Source: an uncultured Lentisphaerales bacterium | GTDB lineage: Bacteria; Verrucomicrobiota; Lentisphaeria; JABSQK01; CAJWLW01 | Length of the DNA: 64,000 nt | Assembly: GCA_964460215.1 (NCBI GenBank) | Contig: CAYWQM010000011.1 | Location: forward strand, 1,293-65,292 | Direction of reading: 5' to 3' | Shown here: piece by piece, positions 57,684 to 64,000 of the stretch | Position numbering within the stretch: the stretch's first letter is position 1 | How the letters are laid out: every line of letters begins with the position of its first letter | Translations under genes and position numbers: made by a program | The notes under the pieces: generated by a model | Seen by the model: the letters and a program-made list of their open reading frames with translations, nothing else | The model's database searches: none | Told to the model about the DNA's origin: nothing

Positions 57684-58781
57684 CTAGTCGATGGCTTGAA
57701 GCTCCAGCGAGACTTCCCGCTGCCTACCGTCGTTCACGAGCGAGACCTTGACCGTCTCACCGATTTTGCGCTTGTCGAGGATATTGAACAGGTCATCGCT
57801 GTCACTGACCTTCTCGTCGTCGATCGCCACGATCACGTCCCCGAGCTGGTACCGCCCGAAGTGGCCCCAACGAATTCCCTTGATACCGGCACGCTCGGCA
57901 GCGCTGCGACGAAGCACGCCACGGACGATCACGCCCTCTATTCCGAGCCGCTCATTCAGGTAATCATCGATCTTCACGCCGAGACCCGGGCGAACGACCT
58001 TGCCATGCACAATCAATTCCGGCACAACACGGTTGACGGTATCCACGGGCACCGCAAACCCGACCCCGGCATAGACGCCGGACGGGCTGTAGATCATGGT
58101 ATTAACACCGATCAAACGCCCCCCACTGTCCAGAAGCGGACCGCCGGAATTGCCGGGATTGATGGCAGCATCGGTCTGGATGACATCCTGGATCGGCCGG
58201 CCCGCCACCGACTGGATTTCACGGCCGAGGCCGCTGATGATACCGGTGGTGAGCGTATGATCGAAACCGAACGGATTACCGATCGCCAGCACCTTCTGCC
58301 CGACTTTCAGATCATCTGATGTGCCGATCGGGATGGCACGGAGGGTCTCCCTCGGCGCCTCGATTTGCAGAACCGCCAGATCCTTGTCGGGTGACACTCC
58401 GACCAGTTTCGCCTCCCAGACGCTCTGGTCATCCAGCATTACCCGGGCAATCTGGGCGCCGCGCAGGACGTGGAAGTTCGTCACGACATGCCCCTGGTCA
58501 TCCCAAACGAAACCGGAGCCGGCACCCTGCGGGATCTCAAAAAGATTCCGGCTGAACCGGTCGCGACCAACCCGCACGGTAGTGATATAGACGACCGAGG
58601 GCGAAGCAGACTCGAACAACTTGATTGTCTGCCGTTCCCCGGCAGCCAGCGGCCCGCGATCGGCAATCACCCGCGGCACTGCCTCTAGCGGCTCGCGATC
58701 AAGCGCCAGAATTGTGCCTGCAATAAACAGTGATACAGCGGTGAGTCTTGCTGGTGCCGCCAGAATGAAAAGCTTTTTCAT
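57684..58781 (-). CDS. HtrA/DegP-like trypsin serine protease with one PDZ domain
   Basis: GAGSGFVWD, TNFHV (His), KDLAVL (Asp), INPGNSGGPL (Ser), RPGLGV..GDVIVAID PDZ domain. Confidence 0.95.
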   Translation of the reverse strand: MKKLFILAAPARLTAVSLFIAGTILALDREPLEAVPRVIADRGPLAAGERQTIKLFESASPSVVYITTVRVGRDRFSRNLFEIPQGAGSGFVWDDQGHVVTNFHVLRGAQIARVMLDDQSVWEAKLVGVSPDKDLAVLQIEAPRETLRAIPIGTSDDLKVGQKVLAIGNPFGFDHTLTTGIISGLGREIQSVAGRPIQDVIQTDAAINPGNSGGPLLDSGGRLIGVNTMIYSPSGVYAGVGFAVPVDTVNRVVPELIVHGKVVRPGLGVKIDDYLNERLGIEGVIVRGVLRRSAAERAGIKGIRWGHFGRYQLGDVIVAIDDEKVSDSDDLFNILDKRKIGETVKVSLVNDGRQREVSLELQAID

Positions 58782-58874
58782 GATCGGGTTCCGGTAAGAT
58801 TATGAGTGAGGTGGCGAGGGGGTCACCAATGAATCAGACGCCTACAAACGCGGATTGTTCACCGCTCCGCTGCT

Positions 58875-58910
58875 TTGAAATCAACAAGCGGTACAGTAGA
58901 ATAACCGCTT
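58875..58910 (+). promoter_or_regulatory. Putative sigma70 promoter of gatCAB overlapped by a 7-bp dyad
   Basis: TTGAAA (58875) - 16 nt - TAGAAT (58897); AAGCGGT-N11-ACCGCTT (58886-58910). Confidence 0.5.
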
Positions 58911-58948
58911 CTGATTTGCCACTGCAACTGTTAACTGTCGAGAGACGT

Positions 58949-59263
58949 ATGGCATCCGACAAACAGATAAACGTCGAGGACATCGCCAAACTCGCACGGG
59001 TTGAACTCACCGTCGAGGAGGCAGCCGAGTTTCAGAAGGAAATCGAGTCGATTCTCGGTTACGTCGAAGAACTTTCCGCTGTCGACGTCGAAGGCATTGA
59101 ACCGATGGCACACGCCACGGCGATCACCAATGTGTTCGGCAAGGACGTGCCAGGTCCTCAGCTTGACCGCGAAGCCATTTTAGGAAATGCGCCGGAGACA
59201 CTCGACGACGAGCTGATTCGCGTTCCCAAAGTGATCGAGGGCGGCGACGGAGGGACGCATTAG
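58949..59263 (+). CDS. gatC: Asp/Glu-tRNA amidotransferase subunit C
   Basis: IAKLARVEL..ILGYVEELSAVDVEGIEPMAH..ILGNAP..IRVPKVIE. Confidence 0.95.
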   Translation: MASDKQINVEDIAKLARVELTVEEAAEFQKEIESILGYVEELSAVDVEGIEPMAHATAITNVFGKDVPGPQLDREAILGNAPETLDDELIRVPKVIEGGDGGTH

Positions 59264-60717
59264 TGGCGGACCAGCACGTCTATCAACTGTCGCCCGCGAC
59301 GCTTTTCGATGCCGCTGCCGCACTGGCCGCCGGCGATGCAACGTCGACCAGCCTGTGCCGCCAGCTGCTGGCGCGACATGAGGCAACCGACAATGTCCTG
59401 AACGGCTACCGCCAGCTCGACAGCGACGCGATCCTGGAACAGGCGGCGGCGGCGGATGCCCGCCGGTCCGACGGCAAGCCGATCGGCCCCTGTGACGGCC
59501 TGCCGATCGCCATCAAGGACAACATCGCTGTCAACGGCCAGCCATGCGGTTGCGCCAGTCGCATTCTCGAAGGCTATACAGCACCCTACGACGCCACTGT
59601 GGTGACGCGACTGAAGGCGGCGGGAATGATCTGCGCGGGACGTACGAACATGGACGAGTTTGCCATGGGCTCATCCACCGAAAACAGCGCCTACGGACAC
59701 AGCTGCAATCCGTGGAATACCGAGTGTGTACCCGGCGGCTCCAGCGGCGGTTCGGCAGTTGCCGTTGCCTCCGGCCAGGCCTTCGCGGCGCTCGGTTCGG
59801 ATACTGGCGGATCAATCCGGCAGCCGGCCAGCTTCTGCGGCATTGTCGGACTCAAGCCGACGTATGGGCTGGTGCCACGCTACGGCCTGGTCGCCTACGC
59901 TTCGTCCCTCGACCAGATCGGACCGTTAACCAGCGACGTGCGCGACGCCGCACTGGTGCTCGACATTATCGGCGGCCACGACCCGATGGACTCGACCTCG
60001 ATCCCGGACACAATGACTGGGTTTGTCGACGCTTTGGAAGAGGGTGTCGAGGGCCTGCGTATCGGCGTGCCAAAGGAGTATTTCGACGTCGATGGACTGC
60101 ACCCGGAAGTGCGGCAGGCCAGCGAAGCCGCAATCCGTGCATTCTCAGATGCAGGCTGTGAAGTTGTCGATGTGTCGCTGCCTTCCCTGCGTTACGGCGT
60201 GGCTGTGTACTACGTCATCGCCACCGCCGAAGCAAGCTCCAACCTGGCCCGTTACGACGGCATCCGTTACGGCGCACGCTATCCGGACACCGACCTGATG
60301 AGCACCTACTTCATGACCAGGGAGAAAGGTTTCGGCAAAGAGGTCAAACGCCGGATCATCCTCGGCACCTACGTGCTGAGCAGCGGCTACTACGACGCCT
60401 ACTACCTGCGCGCACAGAAAATACGAACGCTGGTGCGCCGTGATTTCACCGAAGCGTTCAAGGTCTGCGATGTAATCATCGGCCCAACCAGTCCAACGAC
60501 CGCCTTCCGCCACGGTGAAATCAGCGATCCACTGCAGATGTACCTGACCGACATCTACACGGTGCCGGCCAACCTCGCCGGCAATTGCGGCATCTCCATA
60601 CCGTACGGTACGGACAGCAGCGGCCTGCCGATCGGCGTGCAACTGATGGGCGACTCGCTGTGCGAGAAAAACATTCTGCGCGCCGGCCACTGGCTGATGG
60701 AGTCGGGAAAATCATGA
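59263..60717 (+). CDS. gatA: Asp/Glu-tRNA amidotransferase subunit A
   Basis: IAIKDNI, GRTNMDEFAMGSSTENS, PGGSSGGS, GSDTGGSIRQPA, EVKRRIILGTYVLSSGYYDAYY; GTG overlaps the gatC TAG. Confidence 0.98.
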   Translation: MADQHVYQLSPATLFDAAAALAAGDATSTSLCRQLLARHEATDNVLNGYRQLDSDAILEQAAAADARRSDGKPIGPCDGLPIAIKDNIAVNGQPCGCASRILEGYTAPYDATVVTRLKAAGMICAGRTNMDEFAMGSSTENSAYGHSCNPWNTECVPGGSSGGSAVAVASGQAFAALGSDTGGSIRQPASFCGIVGLKPTYGLVPRYGLVAYASSLDQIGPLTSDVRDAALVLDIIGGHDPMDSTSIPDTMTGFVDALEEGVEGLRIGVPKEYFDVDGLHPEVRQASEAAIRAFSDAGCEVVDVSLPSLRYGVAVYYVIATAEASSNLARYDGIRYGARYPDTDLMSTYFMTREKGFGKEVKRRIILGTYVLSSGYYDAYYLRAQKIRTLVRRDFTEAFKVCDVIIGPTSPTTAFRHGEISDPLQMYLTDIYTVPANLAGNCGISIPYGTDSSGLPIGVQLMGDSLCEKNILRAGHWLMESGKS

Positions 60718-62153
60718 AGTACGACGTCGTCATCGGATTGGAAGTACACGTGCAGGTGCAGACCGCGACGAAGATTTTCTGTCGCTGCCCGAACCGCTCG
60801 GGGGCCGAACCAAACACCCTGGTTTGCCCTGTGTGCATGGGATACCCCGGCGTTTTGCCGGTGCCGAATCAAGAGGCGGTGCGCAAGACCATCCTTGCCG
60901 GATTCATGTGCAACTGCCAGATCGCCGAATACAGCAAGTTCGATCGCAAGAGTTATTTCTATCCGGACATGCCGAAGAATTTTCAGACCTCGCAGTACGA
61001 CCTGCCGCTGTGCGGACGCGGTTACGTCGAGATCGCCGGTATCGGTTTTTCAGGCGAGGAACTGCCCGCAGCAAAGATCGGCATCACCCGCATCCACCTG
61101 GAAGAGGATGTGGGTAAATCAACGCACTTCGGCGAGTGCAGCGGTATCGACTACAACCGCGCCGGCGTACCGCTGATGGAGATCGTCAGCGAGCCGGACA
61201 TGACCAGCCCGGACCAGGCGTACGCCTATCTCACTGTCTTGAAGCAAGCCATGCAATACGGCGGTATCAGCGATTGCGACATGGAGAAGGGCCAATTGCG
61301 CTGCGACGTCAACGTCTCGCTCAAACCGGCCGGCCGCGCCGAGCTCGGCACCAAAATCGAGCTCAAAAATCTCAACAGCTTCAAGTCGATACACCGCGCC
61401 CTGGAATCCGACATCGAGCGTCAGGCTGCCATCCTCGACGGTGGCGGGGAGTTGTTTCAGGAAACCCGCGGCTGGGATGATGACCTTGGCGACACCTATT
61501 TCCTGCGCCGGAAAGAGGGCGATGAAGATTATCGCTATTTCCCGGAACCCGACCTCATGCCGATGGTCATCGATGACGCGTGGCTCGAGGAAATTCGGGC
61601 GCAGGTTCCGGAGACACCCGAGAAACGCCGTGACCGTTTCGTGGCGCAATACGACATTCCGGAATACGATGCCGGCGTGCTTACCGCCGATCGGCCGGTT
61701 GCCGATTATTACGAAGAAACGGTCAGTGCCGGGGCGCCGGCGAAAAAATCGTCGAACTGGATCATGGTCGAGCTCATGCGCGAGCTTTCACAGGCAAACG
61801 TGCCGATCACGGAATCCCCGATCACCGCAACGGCGCTGGCACAACTTATCATTGCGATCGAGAGCGCCGATATCACCGGACGCCAGGCAAAGGACGTTTT
61901 CGTGGAAATGTTCAAGACCGGCAACGACCTTGAGACCATCAAGGCCACCCTCAATATCGTCAAGACGGACGACAGCGAAATCCGCAACTGGGCCCGCGAA
62001 GCGATCGCCGCAAACCCCAAACCGGTCGCCGAGTTCAAGGAAGGCAACGAGAAGTCGATGAACTTCCTGGTCGGGCAGGTCATGAAAGCGAGCCGCGGCA
62101 ATGCCAACCCGCAATCGGCACGGGAGATCCTCATCGAGGAACTGGGCAAATAG
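60714..62153 (+). CDS. gatB: Asp/Glu-tRNA amidotransferase subunit B
   Basis: VIGLEVHVQ, FDRKSYFYPDMPK, RIHLEED, DYNRAGVPLMEIVSEPD, LRCDVNVS, YRYFPEPDL, FLVGQVMK. Confidence 0.98.
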   Translation: MKYDVVIGLEVHVQVQTATKIFCRCPNRSGAEPNTLVCPVCMGYPGVLPVPNQEAVRKTILAGFMCNCQIAEYSKFDRKSYFYPDMPKNFQTSQYDLPLCGRGYVEIAGIGFSGEELPAAKIGITRIHLEEDVGKSTHFGECSGIDYNRAGVPLMEIVSEPDMTSPDQAYAYLTVLKQAMQYGGISDCDMEKGQLRCDVNVSLKPAGRAELGTKIELKNLNSFKSIHRALESDIERQAAILDGGGELFQETRGWDDDLGDTYFLRRKEGDEDYRYFPEPDLMPMVIDDAWLEEIRAQVPETPEKRRDRFVAQYDIPEYDAGVLTADRPVADYYEETVSAGAPAKKSSNWIMVELMRELSQANVPITESPITATALAQLIIAIESADITGRQAKDVFVEMFKTGNDLETIKATLNIVKTDDSEIRNWAREAIAANPKPVAEFKEGNEKSMNFLVGQVMKASRGNANPQSAREILIEELGK

Positions 62154-62662
62154 TGAGAACCCGCCACATCCTTATTCTGCTTGCAGCCATGGCGCTGGCC
62201 GGGTGCATGGCGCACCCGTTGCAACTGAAAGTGCCATCGCGAGCGATGGCTCCGTTGATTTCGTTCGGCAGCTACGTCGAGACCGAGCAGTACGGGCGCA
62301 ACTCGCCGGAGCGCTTCGACGTAGTCGTGGTTGGTTCGCCGGCGGAAGAACGGATTTACGTCTTCCGCGTTGTCGGGCTGCCGGGTGAGCATGTCAAGCT
62401 CACGCCGGACGGCGTCTATATCGACGGCGAATACCTGGAACCGCCGCCGGGCATCCAATACTCGTCGGAAGCGGTGGGGCAGCCAACACCGAAATCGGAG
62501 TTCCAGCTGCGCCGCAACTACTACGTCCTGCTCGGAGACAACGTCGAGCATGCCCGGGACAGCCGCTTCTTCGGTCCTCTGCCGCGACGCAGGATTTACG
62601 GCAAAGTATCGGACATTCACCCGGCCGACCCTGACGAATCCTATCAGGATCTCGAGGACTGA
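62153..62662 (+). CDS. Signal peptidase I (S26)-like lipoprotein, apparently catalytically inactive
   Basis: Lipobox LAGC; VPSRAMAP (Ser replaced by Ala), YVFRVVGLPGE (Lys replaced by Phe), GDNVEHARDSRFFG. Confidence 0.75.
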   Translation: MRTRHILILLAAMALAGCMAHPLQLKVPSRAMAPLISFGSYVETEQYGRNSPERFDVVVVGSPAEERIYVFRVVGLPGEHVKLTPDGVYIDGEYLEPPPGIQYSSEAVGQPTPKSEFQLRRNYYVLLGDNVEHARDSRFFGPLPRRRIYGKVSDIHPADPDESYQDLED

Positions 62663-62678
62663 CCCTGGGAGCACAGGG

Positions 62679-63773
62679 TTAGCGACCTTTCAGGTTGCCC
62701 ACCCAGGCATGGATTTTCGCAGCGAGCGCATCAGCCTCACCCGGGTCATTGGCGCGTTTCAGAAAGGCGTCGAAGAGGTGCAGAAAGGCGCGACGCATGG
62801 CATCGATGAAGTACATGCGTTCCTGGAAATGACTGCCAACGTCGACTGCTTCGCCGGGCGGCAATGTGACCGCCTGAAAATTGAACGTCGCGGCATCGAG
62901 ATTGAAAGACCAGTTCTGATTCTCTTTGGCCATGATGTACTTGGCCTTCATGATCTTCCTCCCGACCATGAGCGAGGCCTTCGCTTCCGCACTCTCGGTC
63001 GGCATGCCCTTGCGGATCACGGACTCGAGCGCCCCCGCCCCTTCCGCAGCAAAGCACATCGGACCGTCGACCATGATCCCGAACTGGCCAAGGTGCGGTA
63101 CGTCGAAGGTGCCGCCCTCCACGTCCTGGAAGTACCAGATCCAGGTGGCGAAGTCACGGCCAAGCCCGCCCTCTTCGTCGCCTTCTGAGCGTTGCGGCGA
63201 GAAACTGAGAGGCTCGAGCGAGTCGATGCTGTAGCCGAGTTTCTCCGCGATCAACTCCGGCGAGAGCGGCACCGGCTCGATCCCTACGGTGTCGTAAAAA
63301 AAATGGATGAACGCGTCGACCTTCGCCCGTGAAAGAGCACCGACATACAGCAGATCGTTATTGGGGTCGTAGACAAACGGTGTGCCGGCAAGACTCGGTG
63401 GCATGTCCTCCATCAGCCGGTCCTGCACTTCTTCCTTGATCTTCTTGCGCTCCTTGCGCGAGAGGAAGGCACCCTTGTTCTCCTCCATCATGGCGAACTC
63501 GGCCATTTTGTATTCCGCCTTGAGCAGTGACGGCGGGATCTTACGCTGCGCACTGCGCAGTACGAGGTGGAGATAGCCGCCCATGTAGGCGGTCTCATCG
63601 TCGATGCGGGTGTCGAGCAGGTGGCGGCCGGTCACCCAGCCGAGTTCTTCCTTGTCCTTGACGTACTGCAACGACGACGCCTTGCGACCGGCAAAGCGCT
63701 CAAGCGCGTCATCGGGCATTTTGGCGGGCATGTGGCAGATGGAGAATGCGAATGATCCGGAATCAAATCCCAT
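62679..63773 (-). CDS. RdgC-like recombination-associated protein
   Basis: EELGWV, LRSAQRKIPPSLLK, RKERKKIKEEVQDRL, GRDFATWIW, TESAEAKASLMVGRKIMKAK. Confidence 0.7.
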   Translation of the reverse strand: MGFDSGSFAFSICHMPAKMPDDALERFAGRKASSLQYVKDKEELGWVTGRHLLDTRIDDETAYMGGYLHLVLRSAQRKIPPSLLKAEYKMAEFAMMEENKGAFLSRKERKKIKEEVQDRLMEDMPPSLAGTPFVYDPNNDLLYVGALSRAKVDAFIHFFYDTVGIEPVPLSPELIAEKLGYSIDSLEPLSFSPQRSEGDEEGGLGRDFATWIWYFQDVEGGTFDVPHLGQFGIMVDGPMCFAAEGAGALESVIRKGMPTESAEAKASLMVGRKIMKAKYIMAKENQNWSFNLDAATFNFQAVTLPPGEAVDVGSHFQERMYFIDAMRRAFLHLFDAFLKRANDPGEADALAAKIHAWVGNLKGR

Positions 63774-64000
63774 AATGCAGCTGGTGTCGGGTTTCGGGTT
63801 TCGGGTTGTCTGAAATCGACGGAAGGGATGACTGAATGTTGCCCCTGCGCGAGATCGGGAATTGCGGCAATAAACATGGCCGTGGCATGGCGTTTTCCAA
63901 ACGCCGCGAGAGATTGTTCACCATTTTCGTGCCCCAATGGTGAAAAATTGTCTGTTATCCACGGTCCGGAATATCTTGCTGGCGACGGTCAATCCGCAGG

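Noticed and set aside
63955-63963. DnaA-box-like TTATCCACG as an oriC sign
   Set aside because: Single 8/9 match at the window edge; no cluster visible.
1-64000. Mobile elements, prophage, rRNA/tRNA, known defence systems
   Set aside because: No transposase, integrase, phage structural, cas, restriction-modification or structural-RNA signatures were recognised by eye; tRNAscan, Rfam and DefenseFinder runs would be needed to exclude them formally.

Overview
GC-rich (about 60% by eye) bacterial chromosomal segment with about 46 protein-coding genes. I recognised no rRNA, tRNA, CRISPR array, transposase or integrase. Two [22 protein letters not shown] prepilin-like (DUF1559-type) genes, a DUF4838 protein, BNR/CBM9/GH38 proteins and an RdgC-like gene suggest a PVC-superphylum organism, probably Lentisphaerae-like (inference). 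About 0-54 kb is accessory, catabolic and envelope content: secreted glycan-processing proteins, two PhyH dioxygenases, phnW, MlrC, an amidohydrolase, sugar-acid enzymes, a fused transketolase, a 2,372-aa polytopic membrane protein, and a deacetylase/aminotransferase/sulfatase-like operon. About 54-64 kb is more core-like: hemW, HtrA, gatCAB, rdgC-like. The most unusual items are (1) an exported caspase-like + transglutaminase-like + TPR fusion with both Cys/His sites apparently intact; (2) the giant membrane protein; (3) a G10 tract beside the -10 box of a pilin-like gene, with a C9 tract after the gene; (4) a 12-bp inverted-repeat-bounded segment with a -10-like box in front of a surface-modification operon (candidate invertible promoter); (5) a frameshifted GH38 with a DnaJ-like CxxCxG zinc-knuckle insert; (6) a signal-peptidase-I-like lipoprotein lacking both catalytic residues, coupled to gatB; and (7) several short gene relics in intergenic gaps. 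All family assignments come from motif recognition by eye, not from database searches.
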